A DNA stretch of 63,218 bases, counting the filler, from Candidatus Sysuiplasma jiujiangense (GTDB lineage Archaea; Thermoplasmatota; Thermoplasmata; Sysuiplasmatales; Sysuiplasmataceae): NCBI GenBank assembly GCA_019721075.1. It is 10 parts of 10 records of this genome, joined end to end, with 100 filler letters (N's around TTAATTAATTAA, not from the genome) between each part and the next. Parts side by side here need not be neighbours in the genome. Positions count along the whole stretch, not along the records: positions 1 to 7,564 come from JAHEAD010000033.1; positions 7,665 to 14,780 come from JAHEAD010000034.1; 8 more parts are not named here. The stretch is one strand, 5' to 3'. Below, piece after piece: positions 1 through 9,391 of this stretch (positions within the stretch are counted from its first letter, which is position 1; every line of letters starts with the position of its first letter). The notes under the pieces were generated by a model. The model saw nothing but the letters and a program-made list of their open reading frames with translations. It had not been told where the DNA came from and ran no database searches. Position numbers and translations under genes: made by a program.

Positions 1-32
1 TTTTTCTTTATTGTCCTAAACTTTGTTCCCAT
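1..32 (-). CDS. 5' end of a small basic protein (MGTKFRTIKK...), truncated by the window edge
   Basis: ATG at 32 preceded by GAGGTGA RBS that overlaps the stop of the PKD gene. Confidence 0.4.
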   Translation of the reverse strand, partial: MGTKFRTIKK

Positions 33-36
33 TCTT

Positions 37-3000
37 TCACCTCTTCGTGTCCAGCTTGTATGTCTTGGTCTTGCCGCCGCTGGTAGCGACAACGTCTATT
101 GGTGGCTTGCGCAGTTGTATGGCTGCTATCCCGATCCCTGCCAGTGTCAGCATGATTATCAAAAAATTAGACAGGCCTCCGAAGAATGATATCAGTGTCC
201 CAAGTGTGAATGGGTTCGATGACAGGGAATTGGATACCGAGAAGGGCATCGTCATGGAATTGCTCGCAGAATTGTTGTTGAAAACAACTACCTTTATCCC
301 ATACGTTCCGGAATCAAACTGTCCCTGGTTCATTGTGAGGTTGAAGTATCCAATCTCCCCTGATGTCGAATAGGTAGAATTTATTGCTGTGGGAGAGTAC
401 ATAGTGCTGCCGATGAATGCCTCAACCGCCGTGATCCCATGCAGTGACTGCACCTTGATCGTGTAGTACGTCATTGGCCCCACTGAATGCTGCCTATAGG
501 AGAGAACGATGCTGCTGTTCGTTCCTGGTGGCAGGACGTTGATGTATTGAGTTGATGTAGAAGATGCTCCGAGACCGTCGGTGGCTGTAACTGAGATAGA
601 GTAATTCCCCGCATGCCCAAAATAGTAAAGAACCGACTGACCGGAATACGATGACCCGTTGATATCCCATGAATAGGAGAAGGTCGATGAGTCCGGCGCT
701 GTGGCAGTTGCATTCAGGGAGAGCATGGTATCAACGGGAATCTCCCTGGGAGACGTGAATGAAATGGTTGGGGCGGCGGGTATCATCCGCACTGTGAGGT
801 ACTGAGTCCAGGTTTTTCCGTTGTCGTAGGAGAAGGTTGCAATCACCGTGTTCAGTTCGTTATATATGGGGAATTTGTATGAAATATTGAGGCCAGTGAG
901 TGTTTGCCCGTTGGGGAAGGACCATGACATGTTGTATGGGCCCTGAGCATCCCAGTTCGGCTCTGCTCTGAATACAAATGCCTGTGTGATGTTCAGGCCT
1001 GACGAGTAAACGAATGAGACAGGCGGCGGTAAACTCTGTATGCTGATATTCGCGTATCCTGTTGCGCCGTTTGCGGACGTGACCGTGAATGCAACAGTGT
1101 AGTTGCCCACAGGGAACGAGTATGAAGGATCCTGCTCCAGGGAGTAATGTCCATCGCCAAATGACCAGTTATATGAATACCCTGTACCTCCAAGGACAGA
1201 TGAGGTGAACTGCACCGCCAGCGGTGCGAGACCGGATGTCTGGTTGGCGGCGATGGCCACATAAAGATCTACGCTGATCGAGAAATTTTTCGTTTGGATG
1301 TATCCGCCCTGATCAGATGCCTGTACTTCAAATGTCCTCGGACCTGATGACTCGAATACATGAGATACGTTTGTGCCGGACTCATGCTGTCCGGACGGAA
1401 ATATCCAGGATGTGGCATATGGGGGCATCCCGCCTGTTATGTTTGCATGCATGCCGAATGGCCTGGACACAATGGGAGTGCCTGACCATGAGATGGATAC
1501 CTGCGGATCTGGATAGACAGATATCAGTATCGAAGCGGATGCGTCCTTCCCGAAGGAATCTGATATCACCAGCTGAACGGTGTAATTGCCCGGCGCCTGG
1601 AAAACATAAGAAACGGTGCCGTTGTGGAATGTGTGGCCTGCGATGACCCACTCGTAAGAGTAGGGTCCAATTCCGCCGGACCCGGATGCCCGGAACTGAT
1701 CGGATACGTTGGCATCCAATGAGGTACGGGATGGAATTATGGATGCCACAGGATATGATTCCACAGTGACATCGAGAACATAGGAAGATGACTGTCCCTG
1801 TGAATCCATGACCACGAGGCGGACTGGATATATCCCCTGCTTTGCGAATGAATAGTTCAAGGAGGGTGAATCACCCGCTGCCGATCCGTTCACAAACCAG
1901 GAATATGAATATCCTGGCGTTCCGCCAGTGATTACTGCATTGAATGCATCGATAACATTTACGTCTACGTTGGGATATTCCACCGATATTGATACTCCGG
2001 GCAGTGCATTGATCCTTATCTCAATTGATGCCTCTGCCACGTTCCCGGAACCGTCAGATACCTTTACAGAAACGTTGTAATAGCCGGCAAGCGAGAAAGT
2101 GTAAACCATGTCCTGCTGGTACCCCACGTACCCTATGCCCGAAATTGACCAGGTGTAATTGTAGAATGGTGTGCCTCCTGATGTGGTGGCATTGAAATAC
2201 ACAGGTATGCCAACATCCGTTGTTGATCGTGATTCAGATACCGTGACCAGAGGCAGTGGTTCAACTGTTATATCAAGGTAGGCATATGCCTTTGATCCCT
2301 GGCTGTCCATGATGAGCAGGGAGATATTATACGGGCCGGTTTTTGGGAAAGAATACTGAAAATACAGCCCGGACGATGTGTTGACGCCATTCAGGTACCA
2401 GTAGTAGTTGTATGGTGCTGTGCCATAGGAACCGAATCCTTCCCAGTACGTGGTTGTGGAAATATCTGTTCGGTTAGACCCTTCGATGAGGGCGGATGGT
2501 TTGGCAATCACCTTGATGGTGAATGATGTGGTTGTTTTCTCTCCAAGGCTATCGGTGACAGAAAGGTTGACGGTGTACGATCCCGTATTAGGAAACTGCA
2601 GGTGAAATTCCTGGGAATAGTTCACGATCTCACTCCCCAGTGACCACGAGTAATTGAAGGGTGATGACCCCCCGGTCACCTGGGCAAATAATGTGTCGTT
2701 GATCCCCTGGTCCACTGTGGCATACTGCGCCTCTATTGTGGCCAATGGATCGGGGTTTACCACCTCATTCATGCTGTTCGATGCGGTATTGCCATTGGCA
2801 TCCGTGATTGTGAGGGATACGCTAAAGGTGCCGGAAGCGGTGAATGTGTAATTCACGTAGGGGGTCGTAAACGACCCTCCATTTACGGTCCATGAATACG
2901 TGTCGGCCCCGGTCCCGCCGGATATCGAGGCAGTGAAGTTCGCCCATGTCCCTACATCAGTGGGATTGTGGACCACATGAATCACAACCGAAGGATCAGG

Positions 3001-5292
3001 GTTTACAGTTTCCAAATATGAATACGAAGCGGTATGGCCGTCCCCGTCAGTGACTGTTACATTTACGTAGTATGATCCGGCCGAACTGAAGGAATATGAG
3101 AACGAGGCTGCGGTGGATTCCTGCACCCCGTTAATTAGCCAAGAATACGTGTCGGCCCCGGTCCCTCCGGATTCAACTGCGGAGAACGACACAGAATTGC
3201 CTACGTCGGTAGCGTTCTGCGATGATGATACGGAAACCGAAGGATTGTCATTGATCGTGACCGAGACCGTTGCACTGTATGTTACCCCAACGCTGTCCGT
3301 GATGGTAATAGTTAGCGTGTAAGATCCAGCGGAAGCGAAAGAGTAGGAGAAATCCTGGGCAGTTGAGAGTTGGCTGCCGTTCAGGGTCCAGGAGTATGAG
3401 TATGGTCCTGTCCCGCCTGACGGGCTGGAAGAGAAAGTTATACTATACCCGACATCCGCCGAACTGACTGAGGAGGATGCGGATACGATTGGATCGGAGT
3501 GAACCACCTCCGAAGCCGTGGCAGTCAATGTTTCACCTGCGCCATCTGTCACGGACAGATCCTCGGTGTATGATCCGGCCGTCAGGTCGGTGCCGAAAGC
3601 AGGGGTTGTGTACGTAGTCCCGGTACCCGTAAAGCTGTAAGTATATCCGGTGCCTGCCCCGCCCATAACTGCTGACAGGAAGAACTGCGGCACCCCAGCA
3701 TCGGTGGTGCTCACGATGGGCGGGGTGCCGGAGACGGAGATTGATCCGCCCGTGATATTCAGGGCGGACATCGAGATCCCGCCGCCCATATTTCCATTAT
3801 CGACGGCAAAGAAATACCATCCTGCCGAGAGCGTCTCTGTACCGGAATAAGCCGTAGCTCCTTCACTGACCCACGCACTGCTTCCTATTATGGAAGTCCA
3901 GTCCACCCCGTTACTGGATATGAACATGGCTCCGTTGTCGTCATATTCGCCGTTGAATGTATACGTTCCTGCGGCGAAATAGAGCACTGTAACGGCCATG
4001 TATCCTTCATCGTATGCTCTCCCTCCAGGTTCCGTGTTCAGGACGCCGAGAGAAGAGGGATATGCCACATTGGGCCGACCAAGGAAGGTCTGCCCATTGT
4101 AGCCCGGGTTTCCATAGTCATAGCCGAAGCCTCCGTCATTAAACGTTCCCGTCCACGTGGACACGTTGTTTGGGGAGGAATCCGGCATCGACAGCGGGTA
4201 GGAACTGATGTCGGAATACGGAACAGCACCCTCTGTCGGCCCTGAGGTGTATGAATATACGTAGAATACACCCGGCGTCATTGCATTGATGACGGCTGCC
4301 TGCGGATCGGGGTAAACGATCTGCGTGATCGACGTTGAATATGTATAGCCATTGGTATCTGTTACAGAGTAATCAAGGAGAAACGAACCTGCAGTGCTAA
4401 ATATGTAACTGAAGGATGATGTCGATCCTGAGGCGAGTTGTGCATCCGATGTACTGGTACCGTCATACAGCACATAAGAATATGAGGAATAGCTCCCGGT
4501 CCCTCCGGAGGTTGCCGTGCTGAAATCCACGATTTGCCCCGTATCAGACGGGTTAAGGTTGGAAGATACTGCAAGAACGAGAGGAGCATTGATATTCTGG
4601 GTGAAGGTACTGGAAGTTGCTATTTCTCCGACTGAATCCGTGATACTAACATAGAAATTATATGAAGTTGCCGACGAGGGACTTTCTGAGGTGCTGTAAG
4701 TGGATGATGTTGCCCCGCTTATTGCCGTTCCTGACCCGGATGAGCCTGTGTACCATTGGTACGTGTATGGCGAGGTCCCTCCTGAGACCGATGCCGCCAG
4801 AGTAAAGGCTTGCCCGGAATCTGCGGGATTCAAGCTTGAAGATACTGACACGGAAGGATCAGTGTATACTATGGTGGTTCCGGAATCACCTCCAACGTTC
4901 CCCCCATAACTGTCGGTTGTTGTTATGCTCCATCCGTATGATGTCCCGCTCGCAGAACCGGATGTCGACGACCATGTATAACCGAAATTCCAAGTTTTGC
5001 TCTTGTCTCCTGTTGTTGTATATGTCGTAGACTGGGTGGAAGTATATCCGTTCACGGTCAGCGTGGCGCTCACGGTTAACGGCTCAGATACTACATTAAA
5101 AGATGTACTATAACTGTAAGTTATCCCCTGACCCTCGTCAACGTATGATGTCCCCCCTGATGTCGTGGAATCCGCCAGGTACTGAATTTGTGTTCCATGC
5201 CCCACTGTAAGGGATTGGATGGCAAGCATGCCTATTCCCGATGCGATCATCATAATCGCAAAGAATATGGCAAGTATCTGCTTTCGGCTCAT
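37..5292 (-). CDS. Giant membrane-anchored surface protein with more than 12 PKD/Ig-like repeats and an inserted PA14-like domain
   Basis: 1751 aa; N-terminal signal/TM; repeated SGG-x2-PY-x-Y-x-W and G-x-Y-x-V-x-L-x-V-x-D PKD motifs; GTYTFNGEYDDNG segment; C-terminal TM and basic tail; many N-x-S/T sequons. Confidence 0.9.
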   Translation of the reverse strand: MSRKQILAIFFAIMMIASGIGMLAIQSLTVGHGTQIQYLADSTTSGGTSYVDEGQGITYSYSTSFNVVSEPLTVSATLTVNGYTSTQSTTYTTTGDKSKTWNFGYTWSSTSGSASGTSYGWSITTTDSYGGNVGGDSGTTIVYTDPSVSVSSSLNPADSGQAFTLAASVSGGTSPYTYQWYTGSSGSGTAISGATSSTYSTSESPSSATSYNFYVSITDSVGEIATSSTFTQNINAPLVLAVSSNLNPSDTGQIVDFSTATSGGTGSYSSYSYVLYDGTSTSDAQLASGSTSSFSYIFSTAGSFLLDYSVTDTNGYTYSTSITQIVYPDPQAAVINAMTPGVFYVYSYTSGPTEGAVPYSDISSYPLSMPDSSPNNVSTWTGTFNDGGFGYDYGNPGYNGQTFLGRPNVAYPSSLGVLNTEPGGRAYDEGYMAVTVLYFAAGTYTFNGEYDDNGAMFISSNGVDWTSIIGSSAWVSEGATAYSGTETLSAGWYFFAVDNGNMGGGISMSALNITGGSISVSGTPPIVSTTDAGVPQFFLSAVMGGAGTGYTYSFTGTGTTYTTPAFGTDLTAGSYTEDLSVTDGAGETLTATASEVVHSDPIVSASSSVSSADVGYSITFSSSPSGGTGPYSYSWTLNGSQLSTAQDFSYSFASAGSYTLTITITDSVGVTYSATVSVTINDNPSVSVSSSQNATDVGNSVSFSAVESGGTGADTYSWLINGVQESTAASFSYSFSSAGSYYVNVTVTDGDGHTASYSYLETVNPDPSVVIHVVHNPTDVGTWANFTASISGGTGADTYSWTVNGGSFTTPYVNYTFTASGTFSVSLTITDANGNTASNSMNEVVNPDPLATIEAQYATVDQGINDTLFAQVTGGSSPFNYSWSLGSEIVNYSQEFHLQFPNTGSYTVNLSVTDSLGEKTTTSFTIKVIAKPSALIEGSNRTDISTTTYWEGFGSYGTAPYNYYWYLNGVNTSSGLYFQYSFPKTGPYNISLLIMDSQGSKAYAYLDITVEPLPLVTVSESRSTTDVGIPVYFNATTSGGTPFYNYTWSISGIGYVGYQQDMVYTFSLAGYYNVSVKVSDGSGNVAEASIEIRINALPGVSISVEYPNVDVNVIDAFNAVITGGTPGYSYSWFVNGSAAGDSPSLNYSFAKQGIYPVRLVVMDSQGQSSSYVLDVTVESYPVASIIPSRTSLDANVSDQFRASGSGGIGPYSYEWVIAGHTFHNGTVSYVFQAPGNYTVQLVISDSFGKDASASILISVYPDPQVSISWSGTPIVSRPFGMHANITGGMPPYATSWIFPSGQHESGTNVSHVFESSGPRTFEVQASDQGGYIQTKNFSISVDLYVAIAANQTSGLAPLAVQFTSSVLGGTGYSYNWSFGDGHYSLEQDPSYSFPVGNYTVAFTVTSANGATGYANISIQSLPPPVSFVYSSGLNITQAFVFRAEPNWDAQGPYNMSWSFPNGQTLTGLNISYKFPIYNELNTVIATFSYDNGKTWTQYLTVRMIPAAPTISFTSPREIPVDTMLSLNATATAPDSSTFSYSWDINGSSYSGQSVLYYFGHAGNYSISVTATDGLGASSTSTQYINVLPPGTNSSIVLSYRQHSVGPMTYYTIKVQSLHGITAVEAFIGSTMYSPTAINSTYSTSGEIGYFNLTMNQGQFDSGTYGIKVVVFNNNSASNSMTMPFSVSNSLSSNPFTLGTLISFFGGLSNFLIIMLTLAGIGIAAIQLRKPPIDVVATSGGKTKTYKLDTKR

Positions 5293-5603
5293 GACACTGC
5301 CCCCACTATAGGCAGGTCATGCACGACCATGCCGATTATCACCATTGCGGATAGAAACAGGGCAAGGAGTGTGATGAATACGGGCAGCGCAAAAGGCCCC
5401 ATGGAGAGGGATGCAGAGGCGAAACTGCCTATGACTCCGGATATTACTCCCTCAACCACTCCGAGGATGAGGTTGAACAGCTCCGCAAGATAATAGAGGG
5501 ACATGGCGAAAAAATACAGGATGATCTGTATGACGTTGTTAATGGCGTCCAGCGGATTGAGCCATGAGATCAGGGATGGCGGGCTCACCCCATAATATGA
5601 CAT
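5289..5603 (-). CDS. Small membrane protein (amphipathic helix plus C-terminal TM), putative virion protein
   Basis: 104 aa, hydrophobic; overlaps both neighbours; resembles the two upstream genes. Confidence 0.75.
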   Translation of the reverse strand: MSYYGVSPPSLISWLNPLDAINNVIQIILYFFAMSLYYLAELFNLILGVVEGVISGVIGSFASASLSMGPFALPVFITLLALFLSAMVIIGMVVHDLPIVGAVS

Positions 5604-5881
5604 TATTCACTCACCATATCTCTGACCGGAACCGTGAAGGAGAATACCAGGTACAGCCCGACGAGTGTCATGCCGAAGGATGCAACCACGATCGTCGGCG
5701 CAAGGATGCCGTAGTTCCCCTGCCACGCCTGGAACACGGAAACGAAATCCCCGGTCACTGACTGCAGGAGGGGCACTATCAGGGTGTATTCCAGGTCCGA
5801 AAGCACGGTCTGCAGGAACCTGTACATGACCTGCAGGAATCCCCAGAGGGGCGAGGACATTATGGAGGAGGATACGGACAT
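5603..5881 (-). CDS. Small membrane protein (amphipathic helix plus C-terminal TM), putative virion protein
   Basis: 92 aa; WGFLQV..YG..P..P.RD.V pattern shared with 5893-6270; GAGGT RBS. Confidence 0.75.
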   Translation of the reverse strand: MSVSSSIMSSPLWGFLQVMYRFLQTVLSDLEYTLIVPLLQSVTGDFVSVFQAWQGNYGILAPTIVVASFGMTLVGLYLVFSFTVPVRDMVSE

Positions 5882-5892
5882 CCATGCTTACC

Positions 5893-6270
5893 TCAGACAT
5901 CGTCCTCCATGCCCACAAGATCCCTCAACGGACCGACCAGTGCAAGGATCAGGAATCCCGCAAGCAGCGCAATGCCGATTCCGAGGATGAACATCAGCGG
6001 ACCGTATACTCCGTACCCGGCCAACGAAAAACCAAATCCCTGGAACATGATGTTGATCGAGTTTGCGAACCCGGAGAATATGCTTCCGAACATTGTACCC
6101 AGTCCGGTGAGTATGACCTGGAGGAAGCCCATCATTAATCCCCAGATGCTGTTGAAAATCGTTGTGCCCAGGGAACTCGTGGCCATCGGTATGAACATCA
6201 GGGAAAGGACAGAGATTTTAAGCCTTGCCTTTCTGATGTTTTTCACATGGAATATGAGTCGATTTAACAT
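5893..6270 (-). CDS. Small membrane protein (basic N-terminus, amphipathic helix, TM, acidic tail), putative virion protein
   Basis: Start moved to ATG 6270 (MLNRLIFH, 125 aa) behind GGAGGG RBS, directly after the upstream stop. Confidence 0.75.
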   Translation of the reverse strand: MLNRLIFHVKNIRKARLKISVLSLMFIPMATSSLGTTIFNSIWGLMMGFLQVILTGLGTMFGSIFSGFANSINIMFQGFGFSLAGYGVYGPLMFILGIGIALLAGFLILALVGPLRDLVGMEDDV

Positions 6271-6271
6271 C

Positions 6272-7501
6272 TCACTTCCCTCCCTTCTTCGCTGAATCCT
6301 GCCTGTCGAACACGCCGATGTCATACCATGGGGCCACGAGTATCGCTGCCACGAAGGTAAAGATTGTACCAATCAAATATCCGGTCTGCTCTGCACTGTA
6401 AGACCCGATGATTGTCGTAAGGCCTGTGTTGCCGTATGCATGTATGCTCATGGAAATTGACGTGACATTCGACTGTATGAGGACCATCAGGTAGGTGCTC
6501 TGGTTGCCGGTCAGGTATGACGGGCTTATGCTGAAATTTGCAATGGATAGGGTTTTCAGGCTCTCATATGCAAATGGCTGAAAGCTTGACACGTTGTACC
6601 CTGTGCCCAGGGAGACGTTCGCAGGATGTGCATCGGAAGTTGCTATGGAGATTTTGGAAACAGCGAAGTTGTTCAGTTCAGCCACTGTGAGATTGGTACG
6701 GACCCATACCTGGCTTGAGTATGTGGTGACATTGCCTATGGTAGACGATGGAAAGTCAAACGTGGCAGTGCCGTTCACCTGGCCAAATGGTATTGCCCCG
6801 GATGACCCATAAACGTATGATGTAATGGACTCGGATTGCAGAACCGGTGAGTTGTCGCTTCCCGCCACGAGGGCATGACCTACGCCGGCAGAGAGGAAGA
6901 TCATGAGGAAAACTGATATGAGTGCAATGAACAGCCCAAGGAATTTCCTTGCTGCCTTGCCCGTTCCAGATTCCTTGAAATTAAGGGATTTTACCTTTGA
7001 TCCCTTCTGCCCCATGTATCCCTTCCTGTCTGACCATGCCGCATCCCATATGGCAACGAGGCCAAATATCAGGATAGACACGAGATACAGGATCGCTGCC
7101 TCATTGCCATTGTAAGCCGGAACGAGAATGTACTGGGCAAAGCCGAACTCATAGCCCAGGAATCCTCCTATCAACCCTCCAATGAAAAAGCCAGCGAACG
7201 CCCTCCAGATGAGATCCAGGATGCTTTTCCCCGGAGGCGTCAGGGTCTCGATGACAGCCCACACGACGGCTCCGAATATGATTGCAGGCGCGATTATGCC
7301 GTCATTAAAAACCACGACGTGGCCGACTATGGTATACGTGGGTTTCGCCAGCAGGCCCACAAACAGCAGCAGCGTTGCCAGAAGCCCGACAACAAGCCCC
7401 CCTATGGGCCACTTCCCAACGTGCGTGGGTATACTTTTCTTCGTCTTTGCAGAACCTTTTGCCGTATTACCGGCGCTTGAACCCTTATTTTTCTTAGCCA
7501 T
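6272..7501 (-). CDS. Multi-pass membrane protein with ectodomain (4TM-TM-ectodomain-TM)
   Basis: Start moved to ATG 7501 (MAKKNKG) after GGAGG; ~6 TM segments; ectodomain motif TATFDFP..VWVRTNLTVAEL. Confidence 0.8.
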   Translation of the reverse strand: MAKKNKGSSAGNTAKGSAKTKKSIPTHVGKWPIGGLVVGLLATLLLFVGLLAKPTYTIVGHVVVFNDGIIAPAIIFGAVVWAVIETLTPPGKSILDLIWRAFAGFFIGGLIGGFLGYEFGFAQYILVPAYNGNEAAILYLVSILIFGLVAIWDAAWSDRKGYMGQKGSKVKSLNFKESGTGKAARKFLGLFIALISVFLMIFLSAGVGHALVAGSDNSPVLQSESITSYVYGSSGAIPFGQVNGTATFDFPSSTIGNVTTYSSQVWVRTNLTVAELNNFAVSKISIATSDAHPANVSLGTGYNVSSFQPFAYESLKTLSIANFSISPSYLTGNQSTYLMVLIQSNVTSISMSIHAYGNTGLTTIIGSYSAEQTGYLIGTIFTFVAAILVAPWYDIGVFDRQDSAKKGGK

Positions 7502-7505
7502 TTCC

Positions 7506-7528
7506 GCTTCCTCCCTTACGGAGGAAGC
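7506..7528 (-). promoter_or_regulatory. Hairpin sequestering the RBS of the 6272-7501 gene
   Basis: mRNA reads GCTTCCTCC-GTAAG-GGAGGAAGC: perfect 9-bp stem with GGAGG in the 3' arm, 4 nt before the ATG. Confidence 0.5.
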
Positions 7529-7564
7529 CAAGCCCGGACTTTACGGAGGAAATTTAGTGCTTGC

Positions 7565-7664
7565 NNNNNNNNNNNNNNNNNNNNNNNNNNNNNNNNNNNN
7601 NNNNNNNNTTAATTAATTAANNNNNNNNNNNNNNNNNNNNNNNNNNNNNNNNNNNNNNNNNNNN
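7565..7664. other. Artificial contig linker (N44-TTAATTAATTAA-N44); identical linkers at 14781-14880, 21972-22071, 28840-28939, 35364-35463, 41652-41751, 47384-47483, 52851-52950, 58090-58189
   Basis: Identical 100-nt spacers with stops in all six frames; flanking contigs fall monotonically in length. Confidence 0.98.
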
Positions 7665-7665
7665 G

Positions 7666-7887
7666 GAACACCGGGACAGGCTCACACGGTTTGGCTCGGA
7701 GTACACCGAAGCCGCGATGTCTGCCGCAGGAAGACGCCTCACGGTGTTAGACACTGCAGAAGTCGAGTATGACCTTGTGCGGGACATGACGGAAGTACTC
7801 ACATCCTTCTGTGCGAGACTCTATGGCAGGCGTTCAGCCAGGAACCGTGCCAAGAAGGCGCTGGAGGCGGCAGGCAGTGCAGATTAA
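7666..7887 (+). CDS. tnpA: IS607 serine recombinase/transposase TnpA, C-terminal fragment (absent from ORF track)
   Basis: Hand translation EHRDRLTRFGSEY...DLVRDMTEVLTSFCARLYGRRSARNRAKKAL carries the IS607 DRLxRFG and SFxARLYGxRS motifs. Confidence 0.92.
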   Translation, partial: EHRDRLTRFGSEYTEAAMSAAGRRLTVLDTAEVEYDLVRDMTEVLTSFCARLYGRRSARNRAKKALEAAGSAD

Positions 7888-9154
7888 CCGTGCATACAGA
7901 ACAGAACTGAAGCCGAACAATGACCAGCGCACAATGCTGCTTAAGAGTGCGGGCACAGCGCGCTTCGCATACAACTGGGGACTTGAGAGGAAGAGAGATG
8001 CGATGGCGCTCAACAGAAAGCTCGCCGAAGACCGCACGCTGTCGGGATGCGATGACACCGACGTCAATGCAGCCCTGGACAATATGCCTGAAGTGCATTT
8101 CAATGTACCGAGCGCAATGGAACTGCACAGGGAACTCAACAGCCTCAAGAAAACAGGACTTGCATGGATGTACGAAGTGTCGAAGTGCGCACCGCAGGAG
8201 GCACTGCGCAATCTCGACGGTGCATTCGCACGCTTCTTTGACGGTGATGCCGATTTCCCGAAGTTCAAGTCAAGAAAGCACGGCTGTGGCTCTTTCAGGC
8301 TCACGGGGACAATAAATGTGTCTGGCAGTGCAATACAGCTGCCGCGCATCGGCACTGTGAGGCTGAAGGAAAGCAGCTACCTTCCGGCAGACACGCACAT
8401 ACTCAACGCAACAGTTTCCGAACAGAGCGGCAGATGGTTTGTATCGCTCGCAGTCATTGAGGAACACACAGTACCGGAGAACAGCGGCAGTATTTGCGGT
8501 GTGGACCTCGGAGTCAAAAACCTTGCCACTGTATCCGACGGCACAGTATTCGAAAACCCCAGATCACTGTCCACATACATCAGGAAACTGAAAAGGCAGC
8601 AGAGAGAGGTGTCTAGAAAAGTAAAAAGGAGTAACAGCCGCAGAAAAGCAGTGCACAGGCTGAACAGAACACACCTGAAGATATCGAACATGCGCAAGGA
8701 CGCCATACACAAGGCGACCACATGGCTGGCGAAAAACAAGTCGGCCATAGTGATTGAGGACCTGAATGCAGGCGGCATGATGTGCAATCACCGTCTTGCC
8801 GCTGCCATTTCAGACGCATCATTCGGTGAATTCAGAAGGCAGCTTGAATACAAAGCCGGATGGTACGGATCACGCATAGTCGTCGCCGACAGGTTCTATC
8901 CGTCAAGCAGGACATGCTCCGCCTGCGGGCACGTCAAACAGGAACTGAAACTGTCTGAGCGTGTATTCGAGTGCGAGATGTGCAACTCGATGATTGATCG
9001 CGACCTCAACGCCGCGATCAATCTGTCAGGGCTCGCCGCCAGTTCGGCGGAGAGTTTAAACGCCTGTTTGAGGCGGGAGGTTACAGAGCCGTGTGCTCAG
9101 TGCCCGCCTGTGATTCAGGAAATGAACACCACATCCAACGGAATAAGTGGGTAA
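7877..9154 (+). CDS. tnpB: RNA-guided endonuclease TnpB
   Basis: Likely GTG start at 7877; RFAYNWGL, PKFKSRK, RuvC-I GVDLG, RuvC-II IEDL, Zn finger CSAC..CEMC, RuvC-III DRDLNAAIN. Confidence 0.95.
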   Translation: MQINRAYRTELKPNNDQRTMLLKSAGTARFAYNWGLERKRDAMALNRKLAEDRTLSGCDDTDVNAALDNMPEVHFNVPSAMELHRELNSLKKTGLAWMYEVSKCAPQEALRNLDGAFARFFDGDADFPKFKSRKHGCGSFRLTGTINVSGSAIQLPRIGTVRLKESSYLPADTHILNATVSEQSGRWFVSLAVIEEHTVPENSGSICGVDLGVKNLATVSDGTVFENPRSLSTYIRKLKRQQREVSRKVKRSNSRRKAVHRLNRTHLKISNMRKDAIHKATTWLAKNKSAIVIEDLNAGGMMCNHRLAAAISDASFGEFRRQLEYKAGWYGSRIVVADRFYPSSRTCSACGHVKQELKLSERVFECEMCNSMIDRDLNAAINLSGLAASSAESLNACLRREVTEPCAQCPPVIQEMNTTSNGISG

Positions 9155-9391
9155 GTTTCGTGGAACGGTAAAGAGATGCATGGAGATATTCGAAAACTAC
9201 TGCGTGGTTGCTGGTGCAGTGAGGTCCGGAATAGAGGTTGCCGTTGATGTCTCGATGCCGCAAAAATAGAGACCTCGGCGGGGATGAAATAAAGCAATAT
9301 TGCATTCTTGGCAGTGTGTTTTCCGCGCCAGGTGCCACATTTCCCGCATGAGTTTCAGCGCAGAAGGAAAGTTTCCTGTTGAGAGAATGTT

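Larger units (their letters stand above)
1..7564 (-). mobile_element. Fragment of putative membrane-containing archaeal (pro)virus, variant A (multi-TM protein, three small TM proteins, giant PKD adhesin)
   Basis: Tightly packed co-oriented membrane and surface genes; the multi-TM protein shares motifs with 19927-21090 and 51560-52729. Confidence 0.6.
7665..9168 (+). mobile_element. IS607-family insertion sequence (left end missing); right end probably at ...GTAAGTTTCGTGGAACGG
   Basis: Serine-recombinase tnpA overlapping tnpB; GG-terminated end shortly after the tnpB stop. Confidence 0.85.

Noticed and set aside
7565..7664. TTAATTAATTAA palindrome flanked by N runs, nine times
   Set aside because: Assembly linker; ORFs running into X residues and cross-linker adjacency are artefacts.
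9169..9188. Predicted TnpB guide shares GAGATGCATG with the 75-bp repeat near 41765
   Set aside because: Only 10 nt and not at the guide start; compatible with chance.
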